A DNA stretch of 64,000 nt from an uncultured virus (IMG/VR IMGVR_UViG_3300014050_000020) (taxonomy: Duplodnaviria; Heunggongvirae; Uroviricota; Caudoviricetes). The DNA lies in the IMG/VR virus record IMGVR_UViG_3300014050_000020; one strand, given 5' to 3'. Numbering within the stretch: the first letter of the stretch is position 1; the number at the start of each line of letters is the position of its first letter. Below are positions 38,387-51,200 of this stretch, piece by piece. The notes beneath the pieces are model-generated. The model was not told where the DNA came from and ran no database searches. It worked only from the letters and a program-made list of their open reading frames with translations. A program made the position numbers and the translations under genes.

Positions 38387-41300
38387 ATGGCAATTATTTC
38401 TCGTCAAACGGGTTTACTATCAGCTGAAGATTGGAAGAAAGTATATCAAACTTTCCGTGAAGCCGATTTCACGGCTTATGACTTTGAAACTTTGCGTAAA
38501 AGCATGATTGATTATATCAAAATTAATTATGCCGAGGATTTCAATGATTTCACAGAAAGTTCAGAATTTATAGCATTAATTGATCTTATTGCCTTTTTAG
38601 GACAAAGCCTGGCATTTAGAACAGATTTAAATGCCAGAGAAAATTTTATTGATACAGCCGAACGTAGAGACAGTATTCTCAAATTGGCCAGATTAATCGG
38701 TTATAATCCAAAACGTGCTATACCCGCCACAGGCTATCTAAAAGTAGACAGCGTCAGTACCACAGAAAATATCTACGACAGCGACGGAATTGATCTCAGT
38801 AATGTTGTGATCAATTGGGACGACAGTGCCAATGAAAATTGGCTAGAACAGTTTACAGCAGTGATAAATTCTTCATTGGTAAACACACAAGTCGTGGGTC
38901 GACCAGGCAATACTCAAACAATCAATGGCATTCGAACCGAAGAATACAGTATAAATGTTGTTACTAATATTGTGCCTGTCTATAGGTTTGAAGCCACCGT
39001 AGACAGGCAGAGAATGCCTTTTGAAATAGTCAGTGCCACCAGTATGAATAAATCTTATGTCTACGAAGCGGCACCAAACTATAATAAAGTGCTAAACTTT
39101 TTGTACCGCAATGATAATACAGGTAATAGTAGCAATGATACAGGATTTTTTCTATATTTTAAACAAGGTGAATTAGGTAGTACGGACTTTAATATCGATG
39201 AAATGTTGCCTAATAAAATTGTAAACATCGATATTAGTAATATCAATAACACAGATATATGGTTATATGGAGTAGACAGTACAGGAACCGCACAATCTTT
39301 ATGGACACAGGTTCCGGCTACATCGGGTATTAATGTCATATACAATCAACAATCGGAAAGAAATCTTTATCAGGTAAATTCTAGAGCCAATGATCAGATT
39401 AGTTTGATATTTGGCGACGGATCATTTGCAAACATTCCTCAGGGCAATTTCAGACTCTATTATAGAATCAGCAACGGACTTACATATAGAATCACATCAG
39501 ATGAAATGCGAGGTGTGATAATAAATGTCAACTACGTTAGTAGAACCAATAGAATTGAAACATTGACATTTCGCGCCAGCCTCAGATACACTGTGGCCAA
39601 TGCCAATACCAGAGAATCGGTTGATGATATCAAACAACGAGCACCTCAGCAGTACTATACGCAAAATCGAATGATCACCGGAGAGGATTACAATATTCTT
39701 CCCTACACAAACTATAGTACCATCGTTAAAGTAAAGGCCATTAATAGAACCAGTGCCGGTCTCAGCAGATACCTAGATATACTAGATACCACCGGCAAAT
39801 ACTCCAGCACAAACATATTTGGCAGCGATGGTGTATTATACCGCGAACCCTTTATTAAAAGTCAACAATTTTCAGTGGGCACACGAGCTGAAATTTTAAA
39901 ACTTATAAACAATTCTATTGTACCTGATATTTTAAAGAGTCGGGAACTACTTCATTTTTATTATGATTCGGTGGTTGCCAAATCGTCGCCTAGCTACACC
40001 GTACCTGCTGCCTTACTTAAAAACAATGAAACATATACCATTGAATTTACGGGCAACACTAATTTTTTGGTCTATGGGGCCAAAAGCAACACCATTGGGA
40101 CCACTTTTGTGGCCAGCGATGCCGGTAATTATAATAGAAATTATCGAGTCAGCGCTCTTAACAACAACAGCGGATATGTTTTTGCAGGCAGCGCCACTGG
40201 CACCAATTCTAATATCTATGTAAGATCCGGTGATATACTTACTTTTGAAGTAAACACAGCTGGTCATCCGTTTTGGATTAAAACTGTTTCTAGCACTGGT
40301 ACAGGTAACGCAGTTACCACCGGAACCATATCCAATAACGGTATATCCACAGGTACAATTATTTGGAATACAGCTGGAGTAGATCCCGGAAACTATTATT
40401 ATAACTGTCAAGTTCATAGTGCCATGAAGGGTAACATAATAGTCAGCGGGTTTGGCACCGGACTTGCAGTTACCAATTTGGTGTGGATATTGGGCAGCAT
40501 TGGTGACAGCAATGTCACAGGTTATTTTAGCTATAATCAAAGTCCGGTTCCTGTGGGACAATTAAGTATTACAAAATCTAAGTATATAACTCCCGGAAGT
40601 CTTTTGATATTTGGCGCCCCCACTGGCTATTTTTTTAATGCAACCAATAATATAGTACAGGGATTACCGCTGAAGTCCGACGAAAGCCAGTTCATTTATG
40701 CAGCGGTTATGCAGATCATTGGCGACGGAACCAATAATTATCGGGGATTGTACAGCAACGGCACCGGACCGGTGACTTTAAATATCAAAGTACCTACAGG
40801 AGCTCAATTGAAGTTTATTGTGCCTAGGTTTCAAAATAACTTAAATGATTACACAATTGGACTAATAGCAAGTAAAATTGCATCATACCAAAATTTTGCT
40901 ATTTACTATGACATTGATGATCAAGATTGGAAATTAATTGATTCTGAGCAACTGTCGGCATCATCGGACACTTGGTTGCTGACATTCAATTGGAGCAATG
41001 TGGATCTAGTTTATACTCTCACATACAAAGGTCTTAACTACATATTTCATAGCCCCAATGAAACAAATTTTTTCTTTGATGAAAGTCAAAAAATCTATGA
41101 CAGTTATAACAATACAATTATAGAAGATTCTATTAAAATTTTGAGCATAAACACCAGGCCGGACAGTAATTTTCCATTGACCAAAGACTACCAATGGAAA
41201 ATTTATAAAAATATTATTAGTTCCGATGGTTATACAGATAATAAAAGAATATTACTTACCTATGCAGATACCAATAACGATTCTGTGCCCGACTATCCCA

Positions 41301-42232
41301 ATTTGTTTACAAATATAGTAGATCCTACTGTAAATCCCTTAAACAAATTAATTTTTTTTAAATTAGTAGTAGGCTATGACAAATTTATTACATTAGAATT
41401 AGTTGAAAGTCGTAAAATCATAACCAGATTTGAAAGAGAACCCGAAATCAATCAGGTTATCAGGAATTTTGATGTGGGGCAATTATTTTATTTGCCTACC
41501 ACCAACCAGTTTAAACAGGTGGAATTGGTGTCGGGCCTGAAAATACTCAGTGCGAATTTAGAAAACTACATAGCCTATGTGGGTCGTCAAAATTTATACT
41601 ATCAGTATAGACACAATAGTCCCAACACCAATAGAATTGATCCTGGTATAACTAATATAATTGATTTATATGTGCTGACTAAAGAATTTAACACTGCTTA
41701 TAGACAATGGTTACAGGACACATCTAATAGACTGGTGGAGCCGTTGCCGCCAACCAGTTTAGAACTATCTGTTAGTTATGGTCAATTAAACGATTATAAG
41801 GCCATGAGCGACAGTTTGATTTTCAATAGTGCGGTGTTTAAACCATTGTTTGGGTCAAAAGCCCGCAGTGTTTTTCGAGCCATATTTAAAGTAGTTAAAA
41901 ATCCCAATGTTAGTGTCAGTGATGCTGATATTAAGGTCTCGGTGATTTCGGCTATCAATGTATATTTCAGTGAGGAAAACTGGGATTTTGGTGAAACTTT
42001 TTATTTTAGCGAACTAAGTGCCTATTTGCATCGAGCACTATCTCCAAAAATAGCCAGTATAGTAATAGTACCTAGGGATGCTTCAATAAGTTTTGGAAAT
42101 CTATTTCAAATCAATGCCGAGGCCAATGAAATTATTCTAAGCGCGGCCACTGTAGACGATGTGGAAATTATCAATGCAGTGACCATTGGGCAATTAAATC
42201 AAAGTCTATTAAGCTCTAATCAGAGTGCATAA
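38387..42232 (+). CDS. Baseplate wedge protein (gp6-like) with an inserted cupredoxin-like domain
   Basis: YDFETLR...FNDF..SS, RENFIDTA..R.S...LA...GY.P, FGDG and QNRMITGEDY motifs. Confidence 0.85.
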   Translation: MAIISRQTGLLSAEDWKKVYQTFREADFTAYDFETLRKSMIDYIKINYAEDFNDFTESSEFIALIDLIAFLGQSLAFRTDLNARENFIDTAERRDSILKLARLIGYNPKRAIPATGYLKVDSVSTTENIYDSDGIDLSNVVINWDDSANENWLEQFTAVINSSLVNTQVVGRPGNTQTINGIRTEEYSINVVTNIVPVYRFEATVDRQRMPFEIVSATSMNKSYVYEAAPNYNKVLNFLYRNDNTGNSSNDTGFFLYFKQGELGSTDFNIDEMLPNKIVNIDISNINNTDIWLYGVDSTGTAQSLWTQVPATSGINVIYNQQSERNLYQVNSRANDQISLIFGDGSFANIPQGNFRLYYRISNGLTYRITSDEMRGVIINVNYVSRTNRIETLTFRASLRYTVANANTRESVDDIKQRAPQQYYTQNRMITGEDYNILPYTNYSTIVKVKAINRTSAGLSRYLDILDTTGKYSSTNIFGSDGVLYREPFIKSQQFSVGTRAEILKLINNSIVPDILKSRELLHFYYDSVVAKSSPSYTVPAALLKNNETYTIEFTGNTNFLVYGAKSNTIGTTFVASDAGNYNRNYRVSALNNNSGYVFAGSATGTNSNIYVRSGDILTFEVNTAGHPFWIKTVSSTGTGNAVTTGTISNNGISTGTIIWNTAGVDPGNYYYNCQVHSAMKGNIIVSGFGTGLAVTNLVWILGSIGDSNVTGYFSYNQSPVPVGQLSITKSKYITPGSLLIFGAPTGYFFNATNNIVQGLPLKSDESQFIYAAVMQIIGDGTNNYRGLYSNGTGPVTLNIKVPTGAQLKFIVPRFQNNLNDYTIGLIASKIASYQNFAIYYDIDDQDWKLIDSEQLSASSDTWLLTFNWSNVDLVYTLTYKGLNYIFHSPNETNFFFDESQKIYDSYNNTIIEDSIKILSINTRPDSNFPLTKDYQWKIYKNIISSDGYTDNKRILLTYADTNNDSVPDYPNLFTNIVDPTVNPLNKLIFFKLVVGYDKFITLELVESRKIITRFEREPEINQVIRNFDVGQLFYLPTTNQFKQVELVSGLKILSANLENYIAYVGRQNLYYQYRHNSPNTNRIDPGITNIIDLYVLTKEFNTAYRQWLQDTSNRLVEPLPPTSLELSVSYGQLNDYKAMSDSLIFNSAVFKPLFGSKARSVFRAIFKVVKNPNVSVSDADIKVSVISAINVYFSEENWDFGETFYFSELSAYLHRALSPKIASIVIVPRDASISFGNLFQINAEANEIILSAATVDDVEIINAVTIGQLNQSLLSSNQSA

Positions 42233-42234
42233 AA

Positions 42235-45200
42235 ATGGCCATAAACAGAAAAACAATAAATTTTCTTCCTTCCATATTTCAAACCACTACAAATAAAAAG
42301 TTTTTAGGTAGCACTCTCGACCAATTGGTCAGTGAACCAGATCTAATTAAAATAAATGGTTTTATAGGTAGGAAATTTAGCCCAACTTATAAGAAAACTG
42401 ATGGTTACCTGACAGAGCCCACGCAGGCAAGAGAATATTATCAACTTGAACCTAGTGTTGTGATTCGTAATTCGTCAGGCAAGATTACGCAATACATAGA
42501 TTACAATGATTTTATAAACAAAATAAGCTATTATGGTGGCAACAGCGAAAATCATGACAGGCTATTCAGATCAGAATTTTACAGCTACGATCCTAAAATT
42601 GATCTTGATAAACTGGTAAACTACAATCAATATTACTGGATTCCTTCTGGACCCAGTGCTGTTCCAATCAAAAGTCTGCCCATCGGCGAACCAGATTCCG
42701 GTGCCAATTTGATTGCAGTTTTTGGCGACAGTGTGTCCACATACGGTGGTCTTGACTTTATACCCGGGATGAATCCCAGTTTAGATTCAAGTTATAATCC
42801 AAATCAAGCAGGTAGTATAACATCTACCATACAATCTCTATATCCGGCCTATTACGTAGTGAATATTTCAAGAGGTGGTATGACCACCGATGAAGCTCTC
42901 ACCGGGGTACAAACCTATGTTGGGCCAGGACTGACTAATCCTTTTGGTTCTTCAAATACTATTACACAATGGATCATTGATAATAAACCTGCTAAAATAG
43001 TTATACGGTATGGTTTGGACGATGCGATCTTAAAAACAAACTCTGCTTCCACAATTGCAAATATAGAAACCATAGTAAATTTTGCTAGAAATAGAAATAT
43101 AGAGGTCATACTTATAGGTGTAAACCCTACAGCAGTAGACGGAACAAGTGCAAATTGTAATTACAAGACACCACCGTCAATGACTCTGGCCATGTCATCT
43201 AGAGTCGACGCAATAAATGATGCCATAATTAATATAGCACAAAAGAATGGATTTCAGTATGCCAATGTTAGAAATTTACGTGCAGGGGCTTGTTCTTTTT
43301 TTGATGGAATACATCCTTTTACAAATTTTGGCATCGACATTTCCAATGAAATCTATGATCAATTGAACACAACGATCTATCTGGCCAGAGGAAAAACCTA
43401 TAGGTTCACAGTCAACGGGTCAGGCAACGTGTGGATTCAAACCGAGCCGGGCATTAATGGAGCGAAAAGATACAACACTAATGTTTCCAGTAGAAATATT
43501 TTTGGTGTGACCAACAATGGCGAAGATTCGGGTGTTATAACTTTTGCTGTTCCACTGGCCACTGCTCAGGATTCTCTAATCAAAATGCCATTTTTTGATT
43601 ATGTTGACTACGCTACCAATGTTACTTTTACAAGTTTAGATGGTTCATTATGGACTAGAAATGTCAGTGCCATTGATGGCGAGTTGACTTGGCCAAATAA
43701 TAGATATATTGTTTTTTTGACTACCAGCAATGCCACTGGTGATTGGACTGATCGGAACTCAAATCTTGTGCCATTGGCACAAAGACGAGGCATATGGAAA
43801 ATAAAAGTCAATCATTTGTCAAGACTTGAATTGACGTATGTGCGTGATATTCCCAATGGTTATAAATTTGAGATCAGACAAGGCAATACCAAAAAAGGTC
43901 TGCAGTACGAAAAAAATAGTTTAAATTTCTTTGCTGTCTTACCTGATATTACTGCGCCACTGGAAACCTTATATTTTCAAAATGAAAACTTTCCGCTGAG
44001 AATCAGTAAAATTTCTATAGTTGATAAAGTAACCAATAGAATAAATGTTACCAATGACATATTAGGTAAAAAATACTATGTTACCGATGACGGTGTCAGA
44101 TTGACCAATGGCATGAAAATTGAATTTGATAACTCGGTAATACCCAGCTCGTATCGAAACAAACAGTTTATTGTAGAAGGTATCGGACGAGACATACGTT
44201 TGGTAGATTTTGAAGCTCTTGTGGCACCGGAAATAGAAATCGACCCGTCCTCTATACCTTTTGACATAGGCAATTTTGATATGGATGGGTTTGATGGTAT
44301 AGTCAAAGGATCAATTGTTCCTGACTATATTACCATTAACAGATCCTCAGTAGACTACAATGCATGGAGTCGCAGTAATCGTTGGTTTCATGCAGATGTT
44401 GTTCAAGTATCTGCACAATATCTGGGCATAACAGCAGACCTGAGTCAATATCTTCGAGCACAGAGGCCCATAATTGAATTTATTCCAGATTTGCAATTAT
44501 TCAACCATGGCCGAATTGGGCTAGGTTACACAGATAAGTTTTTTGATAGCCAACAAAAGTTAATTCAAACAGCCAATGTAGTTGATCTTGATGATGCTCT
44601 GCAACAAGTACAAGGCATTGATTACAAAGAACTTAGTAAACAAGGTTTAGAAATCAAAGTTGGCCAACGGATAATATTTGCCAATGATTCTAACAACACG
44701 GTAGCAAAAACAATTTATACAGCCGGTATAGTTGATCTGAGCACAGCAACTACGCCATTTGATGGTTTGTTGACCGGGATATTCACCGCCAGACTTGGAA
44801 CCAAATTGGTTAGTGCCCTAGGAGGTAAATTCAATTCTGAATTGACTGTTGGTAGCCATTTGTATGATAATGGAAATATTTTTGTTGGTGTAGTTGAAAA
44901 AATTAACAACGATAACGAATTAATTTTATCAAATGCCATACAGTATGAATACGCAGGAAGTCCGTCCAACGCAAATTGGAAATATAACAATGCAAAAGTC
45001 AATTTGGTTGCCTCAAGTACCGCTGCCCAATGGCACAATGTTGTGGTTTTGTCTGGCACCAACAATAAAAAATCCTATTTTTACACAGGGTCTGACTGGA
45101 CATTGGGCCAAATTAAAAATTCTATTAACCAAGAGCCTTTGTTTGACATAGTCAATGCCGCAGATATAAGTTTATCTGTTGCTTTCACTGGCAGCGAGTT

Positions 45201-48200
45201 TGTGGGATCTAAATTATTTTCTTATACCAGAGGCAGCCTGGTAGCCGATACTTATTTGGGATTTAGTCTGAGTTACTACAATACCACCGGCGGCATTGGC
45301 GATATCAAATTTACCAATAATTACGACAATGATTCATTTCGATACTTGTCTGACGTTTTGCTTAACATTAAATCTACTGTTCAAGTCAATACCGGATTTA
45401 TCAGACAGATAACCGGTTTTACCACACATAAAAAACTTAATGTCTGGCATTCAATAATTGACCCCAGTTTACAGTATCAGCATATATCAGCTGAATTTGA
45501 TGGTCGAACCAGTTATTTTGAGATTGGCTGCGAGCCCTATTATTTTGAATATCATACACCGGCCATAAAGGTTGCCATAAACAATAAACAGATTATCAGA
45601 TCTAAGACACCAAAGAAATTTAACACTATAACCGGTACTAAATTATCTACTACTGTAATAGGTGGTGCTGCCGTCGCTGATAGAATTGATAATTTTTATC
45701 AAACCAGTCTGGGAAGACATGCCGATCAAGCTGGATTAGACTATTGGACCGCAGCAGTAATTACCGGATCTCTTACTATATACGATGCAGAAATGTACAT
45801 AATGGGCAGCAATGAAGCTTATATGATAGATTGCGGTTTCATGTATCAAAAAATTGGTGTTAGGCACACCATTAAAATAAATCCAGACTTGCTTAGTGTC
45901 GGTGATCGAATAGATATTTTTGTCTACAGCAGACAAACTGCCAGACTAGGCAATTATCAAATTCCTGTTAATCTAGAATTAAATCCTCAAAATTTGGACG
46001 TATATAATTTAAGCCTAGGACAATTGAGATTGCATTTGCAAACTATAGGATTGAACTACAGAGAACTCAGAGGTAATCCCGAATCCGATTCGAATATACG
46101 AGACCTAGACACTGCCACACGCGGAGGTACTATACTACAGCATAGTTCTTCGTTGATCTATGCTGCTACCTTTTTAACCGGCAACGATATTAACTTTGTA
46201 AACAGCGTTGATTATGCCCGCAGAGAATATACCAGATTTAAAAATAAATTTTTAGAGCTGGCTGTTACTTTGACAGATATTAGTACAACCAACATTGTTG
46301 ACAGCGTTGATAAGATATTGGTTAATATAAACCAGGTAAAAAATAAATCATTTCCCTGGTACTACAGTGATATGATTCCCTATGGTAAAAATTATATTAC
46401 CAATCGTTATACTTTGATAACACTGGCTGTGACCACTTTTAACCTAACCAAATCATATAAGGATTTGAGTGCCAATGCCGTTGGCATTTTGGTTTATAAA
46501 AACGGTGTTCAATTAATTAAAAATATTCACTATGTCTTTAATGCATCTCCTACTCTGACTTTTTCTAGTGCCGCGTCTCTGGCCATTGGTGATATTATAG
46601 AAATAAGAGAATATTCCGATACCGATGGTTGTTATGTTCCAGAAACACCCACTAAGTTAGGTCTATACCCCAAGTATATTCCTGCTGTCTATCAAGATAA
46701 TACCTATCGAACAGCCATTAATGTTATTCAAGGTCACGATGGTAGCATAATTCCGGCTTTCAATGATTATAGAGATGATCTTCTACTAGAATTAGAAAAA
46801 AGAATTTATAATAATATCAAAGTTGAATATCAGGATAATCTAATCGACATTAATAGCATAGTGCCGGGCAAATACCGAGACACTGATTATTCTTTAAAAG
46901 AATTCAACGACATATTAAACAGCGAATTTCTCAAATGGGTGGGTTATAATCAACTTGATTTTGGATCTAATTTATTTTTCTTAGGCAACGACGAATACAG
47001 TTGGAATTATAGTCGTGCAGTTGATAATGATAATGAAACTTTGCCAGGCTTTTGGCGAGCAATTTATAAATGGTATTTTGACACTGATCGACCCCATACT
47101 CATCCCTGGGAAATGATGGGCTATACCATCAAACCAGTCTGGTGGGATACACATTATTCATGGACTAATTCGGTCAAAAGATCGACATTGATTTTTAATA
47201 TTACCAATGGCTTTGTTTACGATCCTGGCGGCCCCAATGCTACAAAAAGTAATCCTGTTTATGCTCGAGCCGGATTTAGCTCAGTGGTACCAGTGGACAC
47301 ATCTGGAAATCTAATATCACCTGCCAGGGCTGTTGCCAGGAAATTTAATAGCTCTACCTTTAGTGCTCCTTTTGCCATTGGCGATCAGGGTCCAGTAGAA
47401 AGTGCCTGGAGACGCAGCAGCGAATTCCCCTATGCAATGCAAAGAGCAATAGCACTGGCAAAACCTGCCAACTATTTCGGCAGACTATTTGACACCAGCC
47501 GTTTCTATTATGATAGTTCTCTGCTGAACCAATATGTATCGAGAGTAGATCTCAAACGAATCAGCAGTTCAGACATCGTAATCAATGGTGAATCAGTCAA
47601 TGACAAAATTACTCGTGCTGCCGGTTATATAAATTGGATTCATGGCTATTTGACCGGGCTGGGCAAAGATGCAGCATTGACCTTGAGAAATCAGATTAAT
47701 AATATTTCGGTCAATCTAAGTCACAGATTGGCCGGTTTCACTGATAAAAAATTTATAAATGTAATAACCGAACAAATCAGTCCAACATCATTAAATGAAT
47801 CTGTCATTGTGCCCGACGAGAATTATGTGGTTCATTTGAACAAAAGCACACCAGTAGTCAGAGTGATGTACAGTGCAGTGATTGTAGAAAGAACTCAAAA
47901 CGGATACACAGTGTCGGGTTATGATTTAAAATTTCCATATTTCACAGTGATACCCAGTGAGCCGACCGGAGATGCAAGCCAACTCAAAGTCTATGATACC
48001 ACTGTGGTAGTTTTTGAAGATTTTAAATCAGAAAAAATTACTGTGCCCTACGGTTACGAGTTTGGTAATCGTCAACAGGTAGTGGATTTTCTAATATCCT
48101 ATGAAAGATTTTTATTAGCACAAGGATTTACCTTTGATCGATACAACAATGATTTGGCGCTGGTCAATGACTGGCGACTGTCTATTAGAGAATTTTTGTC

Positions 48201-51200
48201 TTGGGCCGCACAGGGTTGGTCATCTGGAAATATCATAGTTTTAAGTCCTGTCTGTGATCAGATTGATTTTATTTCCACAGACGGTATAATTGATACCATT
48301 ACTAATAAATTAAGCGAATCAAGGGTCCTAGGACTTAATTTTAATTTAATAAAAACAAACGAATTAATAGTGGTGCGCGACAACAATCTCACTACCATTA
48401 ACACCATTTCCGGGCAGACCATTGGTTTTGTTGAATTGAATTTGGTTCAATTTGAACACGCATTGATATTTGATAATCTCACAGTGTTTAATAATATTAT
48501 CTATCAACCCGACACTGCCGCAAGACAGTATCGACTAAGACTTGTAGGTTCGATGACAGCCAATTGGGACGGGCAATTGACCCCGTCGGGGTTTGTCTAT
48601 AGCTCAGGAGAAGTAGCCGAATGGCAGGCCGGTCGCGACTATTTCAAGGGAGAAATTGTAAAATACAAAGACAATAATTATACTGCTATTTTAAATCTCA
48701 CAGGACAAGATTCTTTTAATATAAATTATTGGTCGGTGCTAGACACTGAACTCACTGAGGGTCTTTCCACTAACTTTTCACACAATGCCCAAGAACTGGT
48801 CAATGTCTACGATCTAGATGATCCTTCTGCAAGTGAAGATCTAGCAGCCTTTGGCAGCGGATTAATTGGATTTAAAAATAGATCTTGGTTTGACAATTTG
48901 GGCATCAGTACCATAAGTCAGACTAAATTTTATCAAGGATATATCAAAGAAAAAGGCACAAAAAACGCCATTGATGCCCTTGCCAAAGCCGATCTACAGG
49001 GTATCAGTAATACCATCGATATTTACGAAGAATGGGGCGCCAGAATAGGTTCATTTGGTGCATTAGATTTAAATCCTTACATCACAGTACAATTGGTTGA
49101 CACCACCTTAAAGGACAATCCCATTGGCATTGAGCTGCTGGCTCAAAATCAATCGACGTCGTCAGACAGCACTGTGGCCGGTATTAAAGCTTCAAGACTG
49201 TTAAACAAGCCATTGAATTACACAAGTAATATATTCCTAGAAAGAAATCCCAGATTTGCTATATCATTGCGGATAGAGTTGTTTGGTGATAGTATAATGT
49301 GTGGTAAAGATTCTGGCATAGCTTCAGGAAATTCTTTACTGAATTATCTGACCTGTCGGTACGATCAAACGACCGGTAGAGTAACCATGCCGCCGGATTA
49401 TCTGTTATATCAAGGGTTAAGCGGTAAATCCACTACAAATTATAATCTTAGTGTCATTACCAGGTCAGTGGAAAATTCTACCTCAGGCAGGCTATTGGCA
49501 GGAACCGATGGCGTCAATGGTCCCTGGCCCGACAATATAGATGCAGATCTGGTAATTATAAATCATGGTATGGTTGATGCCAAGGAAGGTGTCAGCCCAG
49601 TGGCTTATAAAAATAATCTTATTGCATTAAGAAATGCACTAAAATCAGATCAGGGGTGTATCTGGTTGACACCAGCACCGGTCAATCGCAATTCTATAAA
49701 CACTGCCTGGGGACCCATTGGTACCAATGATATGTCTCTGTATGCCAACGCCATGAAAGAAGTGGCACTAATATATGGCGATTTGGTAGCTGATACTCAT
49801 ACTATGGTAAATTGGTTAAATTATCTGACCTCCGATGGCGTGCATCCCACACAGAATGGCTATACAAGGCTTGTAAATGATCTGCTTATTCCTGTTGTAG
49901 AACAATATGTAAGAAATAAACAGCTTAACTCATTGCGTACTTTTGTTAACGACGTAAAATCAGCAGGTTATGTGCATGTAGATGATGTAGATTCTTACCT
50001 ATTCGATATTAATTATTATAATAATTTAAACGATACTATACTAAAGTCATTGGTCACAGGATACAAAATATGGGTGGCCAGAGATTTTAAACAAGATTGG
50101 CAGGTATATAGAGTCTATAAAACCAGCAACACTGTGACATCCATAGCAGCTGATCTAGATCGAAAGGTCATTGCCACCACAATTAAAAATCATAATCTGG
50201 CAGTCGAGGACATATTTGTAATACGTGGTTTTAATTCCACCGTTGATGGGTTTTATCAGGCCCTATCTACTACTGCCAACACAATAACCTTTGTAACAAG
50301 CCAAAAAGTCTACGATCAGGTTGTTTATGGGTCTTTGATCAGTGACACAGCCAATTTATTTGATCTGCAACCATTGCGTTTTGCCAATATCAAACTCAGA
50401 GACACTACTGTACCAAAACACGGTTGGTTGACCAGCGATCTAAGCTGGATTGATGACAGCGGGGATGCCTATGCCAGCTGGGCCGTATATAAAAAATTAC
50501 CTACCTACAGTATCAGTGCCAATGTAACAACTGTGGTCAACAATAGTGCAGTGAGTTTCACCATGACCAGTGCCGAACCCAATGAAGAATTATACTATTC
50601 TATAGAAAATGCAGGCTCTGGAGTTGATACAATTGACCGTCAGGTACAATGGAAAATATTTAGGCAACAGCAGGAATCCGTTGACATAGACAGCATCAGT
50701 AATGTCTATCTGTTTAGTGATAAAAACAAACAAATTATCACAAAACTAGACATACTAGATCCCATCAAAGGACGAATATTAGGAACTGCCGGCCAGGACA
50801 TTGATTATACATTAAGCATTGATCCTGCCAAATATTCCACGGTGTCCGCTGATTATGAATATTTGCCTGAAAATATCAATTATTATTGGGCCAGTGACCA
50901 AATTGGAAAATATTGGTGGAATATAGATCGATGCAGATTAATTGAATACGAGCAAGACACTCTGCGCTATAGATTAGACAATTGGGGGAGGTTTTTCCCC
51001 GGTAGCGAAATTCATGTCTACGAATGGATCAGCAGCGATCTATTACCCAGCCAGCATGTTGCAGCTGGGTTGCCCGGTAAACCATTGTATGCCAATGATG
51101 AAGCCTATTCTGTAGGTAATTACATAGATCCGTCTACTAATGCAATTACAGTCAAATATTATTACTGGCTAAGGGGTCACTCTAGTAAATTTTTAAAATC

